IMG/VR virus record: IMGVR_UViG_3300026457_000001
Length of the DNA stretch: 20,000 nt
Strand: one strand, 5' to 3'
Source of the DNA: an uncultured virus (IMG/VR IMGVR_UViG_3300026457_000001)
Taxonomy: Duplodnaviria; Heunggongvirae; Uroviricota; Caudoviricetes
In this document: positions 9,367-16,814 of the stretch, in pieces
Layout: every line of letters begins with the position of its first letter
Numbering within the stretch: the stretch's first letter is position 1
Notes under the pieces: model-generated
What the model saw: only the letters and a program-made list of their open reading frames with translations
Database searches by the model: none
What the model was told of the DNA's origin: nothing
Translations under genes and position numbers: made by a program

Positions 9367-9552
9367 CTACCGGCGTCGCTTCATCTGACGTTCTTGCTCT
9401 TCGTTTTGCAGCTCAAAATAACTAGACCAAATCAACAGTTCTTCTAGCGTCACCTCCTGATTCAGGCGAGCCAATGTATATCCCAACTCCTTGGCGACCC
9501 CAAGCTGCAGCAACAGCAGGTTGTCTTTTTTTAGCTCAGCCTTTACGGCTTT
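9367..9552 (-). CDS. Tail assembly chaperone C-terminal extension (gpT-like), probably expressed by frameshift
   Basis: Absent from the ORF track. The open frame reads (K)AVKAELKKDNLLLLQLGVAKELGYTLARLNQEVTLEELLIWSSYFELQNEEQERQMKRRR*. It overlaps the chaperone 3' end, has no ATG near its 5' end, and fills the gap before the tape measure gene. Confidence 0.75.
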   Translation of the reverse strand, partial: KAVKAELKKDNLLLLQLGVAKELGYTLARLNQEVTLEELLIWSSYFELQNEEQERQMKRRR

Positions 9553-9895
9553 TCATGTCTAGGTCTTTTTCTTCCTCAGGATTCGTGATGATCGCCAGCA
9601 TCAAAGCCTGCAGGTCGGCATCCATCACTTCGTTCTTCAGCTCGGCAATCTCACCGGCCTGAAACAGGCGCTGCCCGGCATCGTCAACAGCCTTTGTCAC
9701 CAGTAGGTTCAGCGCAAAACCATTTGGATCATCACCGCCAGGCATCTTCTGCGCACGCTCGCGCTCGGCCATCGTCAACGGGGCGCTGTAAAACTCAAAC
9801 ACGTCGCCGTTTGCCAAGGTCACCACACGCTTCACGGGCGTCAGATTGGCGGCCTTTTTCAGGCGGGCAAGAGCTGACGATGCGGGTGCGGGCAT
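9536..9895 (-). CDS. Tail assembly chaperone (gpG-like)
   Basis: 119 aa between the tail tube and tape measure genes, with 'PLTMAER' and 'AVDDAGQRLF' motifs. Confidence 0.85.
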   Translation of the reverse strand: MPAPASSALARLKKAANLTPVKRVVTLANGDVFEFYSAPLTMAERERAQKMPGGDDPNGFALNLLVTKAVDDAGQRLFQAGEIAELKNEVMDADLQALMLAIITNPEEEKDLDMKSRKG

Positions 9896-9927
9896 AAAAA
9901 TCAGGTGCTTGTTATCACTTTAGACAC

Positions 9928-9955
9928 AAAAAAGCCCCCGGTGCAACCCAGGGGC
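9928..9955 (-). terminator. Rho-independent terminator after the tail tube gene
   Basis: Minus strand GCCCCTGG-GTTGCA-CCGGGGGC-TTTTTT: 8-bp stem (one G-U pair) followed by a U tract. Confidence 0.85.
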
Positions 9956-9981
9956 CGATCTGAACATTCCTCGCAAGCCTA

Positions 9982-10740
9982 TCAGGCGGAGGTGCTGAAA
10001 TCGAAGGTCGGCACGCCAGCAGGGCGGAAGGTGATTTCAACCTGTTGAGCGTCGTCGGGGTTGACGTTCAGGCTTGCGGTCAGCAGCACAGCATCCATGG
10101 CAATGGAGCGACTGAGGGCCTCAGAGCTTTGCTTGTCGGTGTACAGCTTGAAGGCACAACCAACTTGCTGACGCTGCAGCACGTCTTCCACCATGCGGTT
10201 AGACAGGGCGCTGTCTTCGTTGGTGACGTACACAGTGGCAGTGCCAGTGCCATCAGCGAAACCGGGGATATAAGCACGGAAAGGTGCGTACTGCCCAGCG
10301 GTTTGACCGATGGTTGTAACATCAATTTCCGAACGTGAAATTTCAAAGCCCCAGGACTGAACTTGGCCCACGGCGGCATAATCGGCGTAATACACCTCAA
10401 ACTCGTTAGGTGCAGCAGCAGTGCCATCATCAGTGATGTTGACAGCAGCACCGCCAGCAGAAGCGGAAACCTGCAGAGCACCAGAGCTGGCGGTGTAGGC
10501 AATTACGTAATAGGTAGTACCAGCAGAAAGGCCAGCGGGCAGGGTGCCAGTGCCAGCTTCGCCAGTCTGGCTATTAACAACACGGAACTTGACGGGATCG
10601 CCAACCTTGAAATTCAGGTAAGGCTCAACCGTGATGGTTTCAGTAGAAGTATTCACACCAGACTCACCGAAAGTTCCGGTGGTTCCAGCGGGCTTGTAGT
10701 AAAGGGCGCCGGACGTACCGGACAGAACAGTGACAGCCAT
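9982..10740 (-). CDS. Major tail tube protein with inserted beta-rich domain
   Basis: VGQVQSWGFEISRSEIDVTTIGQ...RAYIPGFADGTGTATV tube motif. It follows the tail terminator gene and is followed by a terminator hairpin. Confidence 0.9.
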   Translation of the reverse strand: MAVTVLSGTSGALYYKPAGTTGTFGESGVNTSTETITVEPYLNFKVGDPVKFRVVNSQTGEAGTGTLPAGLSAGTTYYVIAYTASSGALQVSASAGGAAVNITDDGTAAAPNEFEVYYADYAAVGQVQSWGFEISRSEIDVTTIGQTAGQYAPFRAYIPGFADGTGTATVYVTNEDSALSNRMVEDVLQRQQVGCAFKLYTDKQSSEALSRSIAMDAVLLTASLNVNPDDAQQVEITFRPAGVPTFDFSTSA

Positions 10741-10769
10741 TGTTGTGAACGGTATTGGCTGATCAGATT

Positions 10770-11201
10770 CTAGCTTTGCTCATAAGCTTCAAAAGTTATG
10801 ACGACCTGCGTTTGCGAAAACCCTTCCGGTGACGATGGTTCAATGGTGCGCGGACCATTTGCGGCGTCAAACTTTATATTTTCAAGCTGCAAACGTGAAA
10901 ATAGGGTGATGCAACGCTGAGCAATCGTCAGGCCAGCACCAGGACCACCACCACGCGGAGCAAAGATGTTGAACACAAGAGTGCCGTTACGACGATCAAA
11001 GCCTGCACCAGTGCCACGCGATGACGTTGTAAGGATCGTCATGTAGGCAGAGTCACCCCAGATAATGCTGGTTTGAATCCAGCTTGCGTTGTTCGGCGGC
11101 GTAAAAGGGACGTTCTGATAGGCAACCTGAATAGCAGGCGAAGCGGCAAACTCCGTTGCGATCCGATTTTCGATGTAGGCGCGGACGGTGTTAAGGCTCA
11201 T
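10770..11201 (-). CDS. Tail terminator-like protein
   Basis: 'VAYQNVPFTPP...WI' and 'GTLVFNIFAPRGGG' motifs; located directly before the tube gene. Confidence 0.8.
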   Translation of the reverse strand: MSLNTVRAYIENRIATEFAASPAIQVAYQNVPFTPPNNASWIQTSIIWGDSAYMTILTTSSRGTGAGFDRRNGTLVFNIFAPRGGGPGAGLTIAQRCITLFSRLQLENIKFDAANGPRTIEPSSPEGFSQTQVVITFEAYEQS

Positions 11202-11602
11202 GATGATCGACCAATCCGGTCCGCTTCGGCGTTGACGTAAGTCTGAACGTCTTTGGCAATCGAATCAACCCAGCCGTCTTCCGCCTGTTTGCTGTGCCCC
11301 CGTGCAAGGGGTTCGGCGTAAATCAGGTTGTTGTGAATGCTGTAAACATTCCCGATACGCTCGTTGCCAAGGCTGTAATTGACTGCAGTTGGCGCCGGGT
11401 TACTTGGATACTCGCCCTCTGGCTGCCCTTTTGAAGGTGCTGCGTTTTCGCCAATCGCCCAACTAGCACGAAAGCGACCTGTATCTACAGGGCTGGCAAG
11501 CTTCAATCGTTGATCAGCGGTCAACACAGCGGCTTTAACCAACAGATTTAACTGACGTTCCGCGTAATCACCGATCTCACCAACCCTGATGGTGCGTGCC
11601 AT
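11198..11602 (-). CDS. HK97 gp10-like neck / tail completion protein
   Basis: SPVDTGRFRASW and NNLIYAEPLARGHSKQA motifs. Confidence 0.9.
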   Translation of the reverse strand: MARTIRVGEIGDYAERQLNLLVKAAVLTADQRLKLASPVDTGRFRASWAIGENAAPSKGQPEGEYPSNPAPTAVNYSLGNERIGNVYSIHNNLIYAEPLARGHSKQAEDGWVDSIAKDVQTYVNAEADRIGRSS

Positions 11603-11603
11603 G

Positions 11604-11960
11604 TCACTCTCTCAGGAATACTTCAAACACAATAGGCGTATTGTCCTGCTCGATTTTGCGCACCTCAACCACCTGCATAATGCGGCTAGATACAGTCACC
11701 TGATCAGACACTGCAGGCTCGTAGGCAAGATCAGCGGCGGCGATTGTGAGCTTCTTATCGGTGCTCTTTACCAGATCGTTGATCTCGCGCTCAATCACAT
11801 CTTCAAGCACGCCACGCACAACGGTTTCCGATGCTGTTGGTGTTGCCACGCCTGTGGTTGGGTTGTAAGCGCCGGTGGTAATACGTCGGATGGTGACTTG
11901 GCCACCAAATTTCAGCATCAGCTTGCTGGCGGTCTTCCGCAATGAGGTTGCAAGTGCCAT
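11604..11960 (-). CDS. Head closure / head-tail joining protein
   Basis: 118 aa, 'KFGGQVTIRR...GAYNPTTG'; syntenic position before the gp10-like gene. Confidence 0.75.
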   Translation of the reverse strand: MALATSLRKTASKLMLKFGGQVTIRRITTGAYNPTTGVATPTASETVVRGVLEDVIEREINDLVKSTDKKLTIAAADLAYEPAVSDQVTVSSRIMQVVEVRKIEQDNTPIVFEVFLRE

Positions 11961-12214
11961 CAGATTTTGTAGGCGATGCAGGCGCCGTTTGTAAGTTTGA
12001 TACTGGTGAAATAACCAGTCAGGTGAGCACCGGAATCAATGGCAGCACCGGCAAAATTATTGTCGATCACGTTGGTCGAAATGATCGCGTCAACCGTGCT
12101 GTTTTCGTAGAAGTCGATATGACTAAACCTGCCGGTATGGGCAACAGTGTCGGTAATCACCTCGGCGCCAACCGCGTAGTCAACAACAGATGCGCCGCCC
12201 CGTGCTTTTGCCAT
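11960..12214 (-). CDS. Small beta-rich putative virion protein, paralogue 3 of 3
   Basis: 84 aa; shares Y.VG...I.DT.AHTGR...G.FT...L..G..IAYKI with the two upstream ORFs. Confidence 0.75.
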   Translation of the reverse strand: MAKARGGASVVDYAVGAEVITDTVAHTGRFSHIDFYENSTVDAIISTNVIDNNFAGAAIDSGAHLTGYFTSIKLTNGACIAYKI

Positions 12215-12216
12215 GA

Positions 12217-12471
12217 TCAGATCTTGTAGGCAATGACAGCGCCAGCCGAAGCCAGCGTAAACGCGGTAAAGACGCCTTGCAGTTCAAACCCAGCCGGGAA
12301 CGATTCACCAACCAAAGTATTGCCCGTGTAGTTCTGCGCTGTGATGGCAGTGAACGACGTATTGTTTTTGGCGATCACGATGCGATCCCACCGGCCAGTC
12401 TTTGCCGCAGTGGTATTCACAAAGTCGGCACCGATGCTGTAGCTCGGATCAATGCTGTTGGTGTTGGCCAT
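12217..12471 (-). CDS. Small beta-rich putative virion protein, paralogue 2 of 3
   Basis: 84 aa; same motif set, ends in AYKI. Confidence 0.75.
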   Translation of the reverse strand: MANTNSIDPSYSIGADFVNTTAAKTGRWDRIVIAKNNTSFTAITAQNYTGNTLVGESFPAGFELQGVFTAFTLASAGAVIAYKI

Positions 12472-12473
12472 GA

Positions 12474-12710
12474 TCAGATCTTGTAGGCGACAATCTTGCC
12501 GGATGCCAGTGTCACACTGGTGAATACGCCTTCAATGCTGTCGCCTGCGGTAAGAGGCACAGAGGTGAAGGTATTGCCGCTGGCGTTCTGCACAGTGGCT
12601 GTACTGATCACGGCATCGGCCAAGGCATACAGCTTGTAAAACCGGCCGGTGTGAGCAGCAGTATCACTGATGTACTCAAAACCAATGTTGTAGGAGTCGC
12701 TATCGGCCAT
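12474..12710 (-). CDS. Small beta-rich putative virion protein, paralogue 1 of 3
   Basis: ATG at 12710, 2 nt after the adaptor stop (the ORF track starts it at TTG 12716). Same motif set, ends in AYKI. Confidence 0.75.
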   Translation of the reverse strand: MADSDSYNIGFEYISDTAAHTGRFYKLYALADAVISTATVQNASGNTFTSVPLTAGDSIEGVFTSVTLASGKIVAYKI

Positions 12711-12712
12711 GT

Positions 12713-13279
12713 TCAACTCCGTTTGATAGAAAAGTTGCCCGGTCCACTGATTCTAAGCCCGGTCAGATAGCGTTCAAACAACGGCGGCACACGATCAGCT
12801 CCGGTGGCCATGCTGCTGGCGCCCGCAGACTCCACACGCAATGTGCCGATCTGAACCGACTTGTAATCTTCAATGCCGCTCAGGCCCATGCCGTCTTTGT
12901 TGTTGTTCAGGTAAACGGCGAGAACGACCTGAGCCTTTTTGATCTGATCAGGAATTTCGGTGTCGGTGTAATAGTCCGTAGTGATGCGGAACGGGAACCC
13001 AACAGCGTACGTATTGATGTACGTGTCAGGCTTGCGCACGCCAGTACGCGGCCATTGCAAAGCTTGAGTATCGGTAGCCCGTGCGCCAAGAAAGCGTTCA
13101 CGATCAAGGCGCTGCGTTGCGGTGTACAGCGCCCGATTCTTCTGATCGTTCGTGGCTGACGCCCAAGCGGCTACGTCATCGTCTTGAACGAAACCCTCAA
13201 CTATCAGTTCAGCTGCCGCCAGTGTCAGGTAGGAATTTGCCGAGGCCCCACCAACAGTGGCGTCAATCGAGATGGCCAT
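12713..13279 (-). CDS. Head-tail adaptor (family often annotated as DnaT-like ssDNA-binding protein)
   Basis: ANSYLTLAAA, QALQWPR and IPDQIKKAQ motifs; first large gene of the neck module. Confidence 0.8.
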   Translation of the reverse strand: MAISIDATVGGASANSYLTLAAAELIVEGFVQDDDVAAWASATNDQKNRALYTATQRLDRERFLGARATDTQALQWPRTGVRKPDTYINTYAVGFPFRITTDYYTDTEIPDQIKKAQVVLAVYLNNNKDGMGLSGIEDYKSVQIGTLRVESAGASSMATGADRVPPLFERYLTGLRISGPGNFSIKRS

Positions 13280-13421
13280 CGGTGGGCTCCACTTTGGACT
13301 TCACAGTGCGACGCTTTTTAGGCGCCGGCTCTTCTGTATCAAGTTTAGGTGCAGTTTCTTGATCTTGGATCTTGTTGGCCGCTTTGTTCTCTTGGCGCCT
13401 GCGGAAAGCAAAAAGTCCGAT
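13263..13421 (-). CDS. Small charged hypothetical protein, apparent ATC start (alternative: ATG at 13511)
   Basis: Reads (I)GLFAFRRRQENKAA...PAPKKRRTVKSK. GGGAG lies 7 nt upstream of the ATC at 13421, and the stop overlaps the adaptor 5' end. Confidence 0.5.
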   Translation of the reverse strand: MGLFAFRRRQENKAANKIQDQETAPKLDTEEPAPKKRRTVKSKVEPTDGHLD

Positions 13422-13498
13422 GATCTTGCTCCCTTGCTGTAAAATTGTTGGGCTGGCGAGTTGGCGCTCCCAGCCTTGCGCACCCTGCTCGGAACAGG

Positions 13499-13996
13499 AT
13501 GAGAACTCCATTATGGCTTGCGGGCCAAACCTTTGGCAATTGGACTGTCATTGGTGACGCACCAATAAAGCGAACAATGCCTAACGGGGCCAAGCGTTGT
13601 TATTGGCTGTGCCGCTGTGTGTGCGGTAGACAAAGGGAAATTCAAGGAACTTCCTTGAAACGTGGACGTTCAAAGTCTTGCGGATGCGTTGCCGGTGTTC
13701 CGCGATATGAATTTCACGGATTAAGCGCAATACCTGAGTATCGGATTTGGCAAGGCATGAGAGAGCGTTGCAACAACCCAAACCACGCCGCATTTCGTTA
13801 CTACGGAGGCTCGGGCGTAAAGGTTTGTCAGAGATGGGAAAGTTTTACCGCATTCATTGAAGATATGGGCCCTAGACCGGGGCAAACAACACTGGACAGA
13901 ATTGACCCATATGGAAATTATGAGCCTCAAAATTGCCGTTGGGCGACTTGGACAATTCAAGCCTCAAATAAACGCAAACATAAAAAAGAGGGGTAA
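13499..13996 (+). mobile_element. Free-standing HNH-family homing endonuclease gene, antisense to the structural operon
   Basis: From ATG 13499 (165 aa): LAGQTFGNWTV, WLCRCVCG, SKSCGC, WQGMRERC, YYGGSGVKVCQRW and LDRIDPYGNYEPQNCRWAT...QASN, the typical phage HNH-like signature. Confidence 0.88.
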
Positions 13997-14005
13997 AAAC
14001 CCCTC
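13982..14005 (-). terminator. Rho-independent terminator after the capsid/decoration genes, overlapping the HNH stop
   Basis: Perfect 7-bp stem GAGGGGT/ACCCCTC (13988-14005) with a 4-nt loop, followed on the minus strand by T6. Confidence 0.85.
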
Positions 14006-14028
14006 CGTTGTTTCGCCTGAAAAATCAA

Positions 14029-14397
14029 TCAGGCAGCAGCTGCCTTGATCACAGCAAAGTTGAGCACCACAGCTTCGCCAGCGGTAGAACCAACGTTGGA
14101 AACAGTGATCTCAAAGCTGCCGGCGGCAGTGGCGGTCACGAAAGGCAGGTACTTACCAGTGGTAGCACCAGACTTGACCGAAACCAGCACAACATCAGTC
14201 GCGGCCACTTCGCTGTTGGTCACCGTGAAGGAAACCTCAGCGTCGCCGGCAAGCGAAGCGTTGTGCATGGTGATGGCGCCACAGGGCTTATTCAGCGTGA
14301 CGCCAGTGGACTTGCTGGTGGCCTGGGTAACAGCACCGCCAGTACCGCTGACATAGCCAATCGACTTGCCTGCGGTTACTTCAAAAAGGGAAGCCAT
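14029..14397 (-). CDS. Putative capsid decoration / accessory virion protein
   Basis: 122 aa, Ala/Thr/Val/Gly-rich with beta-strand character. It has an AGGAG Shine-Dalgarno, directly follows the major capsid gene and precedes a terminator. Confidence 0.55.
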   Translation of the reverse strand: MASLFEVTAGKSIGYVSGTGGAVTQATSKSTGVTLNKPCGAITMHNASLAGDAEVSFTVTNSEVAATDVVLVSVKSGATTGKYLPFVTATAAGSFEITVSNVGSTAGEAVVLNFAVIKAAAA

Positions 14398-14412
14398 GGT
14401 TAGTTGCTCCTA

Positions 14413-15429
14413 TCAGTCGTAATTGGAGCTGACCGAAGCACGCACGATGCCAATGTTCTTGGTTTCGTACACCTTGCTCCAGTTACCTACCGTGGCCAGT
14501 TGAGCGCGGGTGGGGTTCGTGGTGGTCACGGCCCACTTTGCACCAACCGGGTGGTAGATGTAGTGCATGTCCAGAGACATTGCATCACTCTTGGCGAGGA
14601 TGTCTCTATCTGTCTCTGTCCTCATGCTCGCTTGCTCTCCCGTGGCGATTGCGCCATTGGTGAAGAAATAAGCGGCATAAACACCACCGGAATTGGTGAT
14701 GTCATCGGACACAATCACGCGCATACCCATGTAGGTGGGAACGCGATAGTCGGCGCTGTAGGCAGAAGCCACAGAACCACCGAATGCGTCAGGCATGGAG
14801 GTATCGGGAGTGATACCCAGATCCGAAGCCAGGACATAATCAATGGCCTTGCGCTCAACAAGGTCGTAATAGCAAGCACTGTGCAGAGCCACAGCAGCGA
14901 GCTTTTCGCCTTGATCACCAAGCAGTGCACGGGCCTTAGCCACGTGGCGGGGGCTCAGAGCGGTTTGGGTGCTGGTATCGAAGCGCAGGGCATCGAAGGC
15001 AGGGGAATCGCCACCGGTCAGGGCGCCGAACACACCTTCCAGACACTTGTACAGGTCAGCCTGCTGCTGGTTAGCAACGTACTCACCAACTTTGGCGCCG
15101 ATGGCAGCCATGGGGTCGGAACCTGCAGCCAGAGCAGCAAGGTCGCGGGCCTCAAAGGCACGGCCACGGTGCAGGATCACGCCAATTTGCTTATCAGCAG
15201 TGATCTTGCCAGGGGTGAGGCTGGTGGAATCAGTGAGAACTTCCAGATCGCCAGACAGGTTGGCTTTCCAGAAAGGAACATTCACGAAATCGCCGCCTTC
15301 GGTTGCATTGAGTTCAGCCATGGGCTGAGCAACACCACTCGCCAGAAAGGCGTTTTTCTGGGTGCTTTGCTCAATGACGTAGGGCGTAAAAATTTCGGGA
15401 ATGATCACATCGGAGCGAAGAGTCGCCAC
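14413..15429 (-). CDS. Major capsid protein (SPP1 gp13-like family)
   Basis: 338 aa; 'SDVIIPEIFTPYV', 'GGDFVNVPFW', 'DPMAAIG', 'PTYMGMRVIVSD' and 'ETDRDIL'. GTG start with GGAG upstream. Confidence 0.93.
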   Translation of the reverse strand: MATLRSDVIIPEIFTPYVIEQSTQKNAFLASGVAQPMAELNATEGGDFVNVPFWKANLSGDLEVLTDSTSLTPGKITADKQIGVILHRGRAFEARDLAALAAGSDPMAAIGAKVGEYVANQQQADLYKCLEGVFGALTGGDSPAFDALRFDTSTQTALSPRHVAKARALLGDQGEKLAAVALHSACYYDLVERKAIDYVLASDLGITPDTSMPDAFGGSVASAYSADYRVPTYMGMRVIVSDDITNSGGVYAAYFFTNGAIATGEQASMRTETDRDILAKSDAMSLDMHYIYHPVGAKWAVTTTNPTRAQLATVGNWSKVYETKNIGIVRASVSSNYD

Positions 15430-15459
15430 GGTGAAAACTCCAAAATTGATTTACGGTGC

Positions 15460-15491
15460 GGGCGTAACCCAATGACGGACGGCGTAGCCAT
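15460..15491 (-). promoter_or_regulatory. Tandem TAC-loop hairpins in the major capsid leader
   Basis: Minus strand ATGGC-TAC-GCCGT and GGGT-TAC-GCCC, with cores spaced exactly 20 nt apart. Confidence 0.45.
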
Positions 15492-15511
15492 TCACGTCTA
15501 ACGGTTACATA

Positions 15512-16207
15512 TTAAGCATTGTTTGCGGCAGCCTTCAACCGTTCGTATAAATCACGGTCAGTGCGATACAGCCTGGATTGTTCCGTGAGGTTGAAGTATT
15601 CACGGGTGAACGGGTTTTTGGTGCCGGCCGGCACTTCGCCAGAGCTTGCACGAGCGCCGACAGGTGCGCCGGAACCTTTGACCGTCGGTGCCTTGAACAG
15701 GTAACCGCGTTCAGCCTTCAGGCGTTCTACCCACTGATCCATGGGCACCTCGTTGTAGCCATCAACAGCTACGGGGTTGCCGTGTTCGTCAAGCTTGAGT
15801 TGATCGCGTACCAAGCGCAGTGCATCGTGTGGATTGTGGGCACCCTGCTCGGCAAGGATTGCCACCACGCGATTGTCCAGTTGATTAACGGTCAGCTTCG
15901 ATTCAAGTTCAGCAATGCGCTTTTTGTAGCCATCCTCGCGCTCTTGAAATTGCTGAGCGTATTGCTTCAGGGCCTCTTCGTACTTGCCCTTTGACTCAAG
16001 CTCTTCCTGTTCTTTCTTTCGCTTGAATTCCAACAGCTCCTGAACATCAATGCCGTCAGGAATTGCTGGCGCCTTTTCTTTCTGTTCCTTAAGTTTGCCG
16101 ATCAGCTCAAAGTTCTTGCGTTCTAAGCCTTCAATGCTTCGCTTGAGCTTTTCCAGTTCGTCGTTGCTTGCAGTCTGCGTAGCTTCCTGCAGTTGTTCGT
16201 CAGACAT
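15512..16207 (-). CDS. Capsid scaffolding protein
   Basis: 231 aa coiled-coil (Glu/Lys/Gln-rich), with 'YLFK...GSGA' and C-terminal 'KNPF...NLTEQ' motifs. Directly upstream of the major capsid gene. Confidence 0.88.
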   Translation of the reverse strand: MSDEQLQEATQTASNDELEKLKRSIEGLERKNFELIGKLKEQKEKAPAIPDGIDVQELLEFKRKKEQEELESKGKYEEALKQYAQQFQEREDGYKKRIAELESKLTVNQLDNRVVAILAEQGAHNPHDALRLVRDQLKLDEHGNPVAVDGYNEVPMDQWVERLKAERGYLFKAPTVKGSGAPVGARASSGEVPAGTKNPFTREYFNLTEQSRLYRTDRDLYERLKAAANNA

Positions 16208-16264
16208 TGTGACCCGTAGGGTTTACCACCAAACTGTATAAGTAAAAGATGCTTTTTGCACGTC

Positions 16265-16459
16265 ATGTCCCGGCGTGAGTGGGATACACCGATCCGTGAG
16301 CCGTGGAACCCCGTGATCTACCAGATGCTGAAGGCGATTGACCTGCACACACAGGCTTATCTGAAGACCGGCGACAGATGGCACGCGGAGAATGCCAACG
16401 CGTTGCGTAAGTACGTGGCAGAACTAAAAGACCGAATCCACAAGGCTGAGCGAGGCTAA
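16265..16459 (+). CDS. Hypothetical protein on the opposite strand (64 aa from ATG 16265)
   Basis: MSRREWDTPIREPWNPVIYQMLKAIDLH...; it fills a gap between minus-strand genes, and its stop overlaps the convergent gene's stop. Confidence 0.6.
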   Translation: MSRREWDTPIREPWNPVIYQMLKAIDLHTQAYLKTGDRWHAENANALRKYVAELKDRIHKAERG

Positions 16460-16650
16460 TCTTCGTCGTCTTCGTCGTCTTCGTCGTCACCCTCAGTGCA
16501 GGTAATCACCTCAACGCCTTCGGCAAGGCGACCCATCAATGCACCAAGACCCTCAGGTGAATTGGGCACTGGGAACAGGAATCGGCCCTCAATCAGGCCA
16601 TCGGCACACTTGAGGTAGGTGCAGCTCCCTTCCCAGATCTTGCCTTTCAC
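16456..16650 (-). CDS. Hypothetical protein with acidic C-terminal tail
   Basis: 64 aa; the GTG start overlaps the upstream stop (GTGA). Ends EGDDEDDEDDED. Confidence 0.6.
   Translation of the reverse strand: MKGKIWEGSCTYLKCADGLIEGRFLFPVPNSPEGLGALMGRLAEGVEVITCTEGDDEDDEDDED
16460..16486. repeat. 9-nt tandem repeat x3 encoding the DDE repeats
   Basis: (tcttcgtcg)3 read directly from the sequence. Confidence 0.8.
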
Positions 16651-16814
16651 TTTTTGGGCTTCCGTTTTTTGGCGGTTTTGGCGGCAGCCTTGAAGGCACC
16701 GGGATCAGGGTAGTCAGCTTCGCCACGGCGGGCTTTGCGTTCTTTAGATCCTGCCTCCATCCGTTTGCGCTTGGCGTTGATGTTGGCGTACAGGCCAGGT
16801 TTCTTTGCCGCCAT
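16647..16814 (-). CDS. Small Lys/Arg-rich basic protein (55 aa)
   Basis: Absent from the ORF track: MAAKKPGLYANINAKRKRMEAGSKERKARRGEADYPDPGAFKAAAKTAKKRKPKK. Coupled by TGATG upstream and GTGA downstream. Confidence 0.8.
   Translation of the reverse strand: MAAKKPGLYANINAKRKRMEAGSKERKARRGEADYPDPGAFKAAAKTAKKRKPKK

Noticed and set aside
9523..9533. A7 run (CTA AAA AAA G) as a -1 slippery site for the chaperone
   Set aside because: It lies downstream of the chaperone stop codon (9536-9538), so it cannot produce the fusion.
11955..12490. Repeated junction sequence as a CRISPR array or DGR template/variable repeat
   Set aside because: The spacing (~257 nt) equals gene length and the repeats encode the AYKI-stop-start junction. 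There is no adenine-specific variation and no cas or reverse transcriptase gene in the window.
13445..13498. TTG-start N-terminal extension of the HNH ORF
   Set aside because: It covers the putative promoter and hairpin leader; the family-like sequence begins after ATG 13499.
14404..15501. 365-aa plus-strand ORF
   Set aside because: Antisense shadow of the major capsid gene with no recognisable motifs; explained by codon bias.
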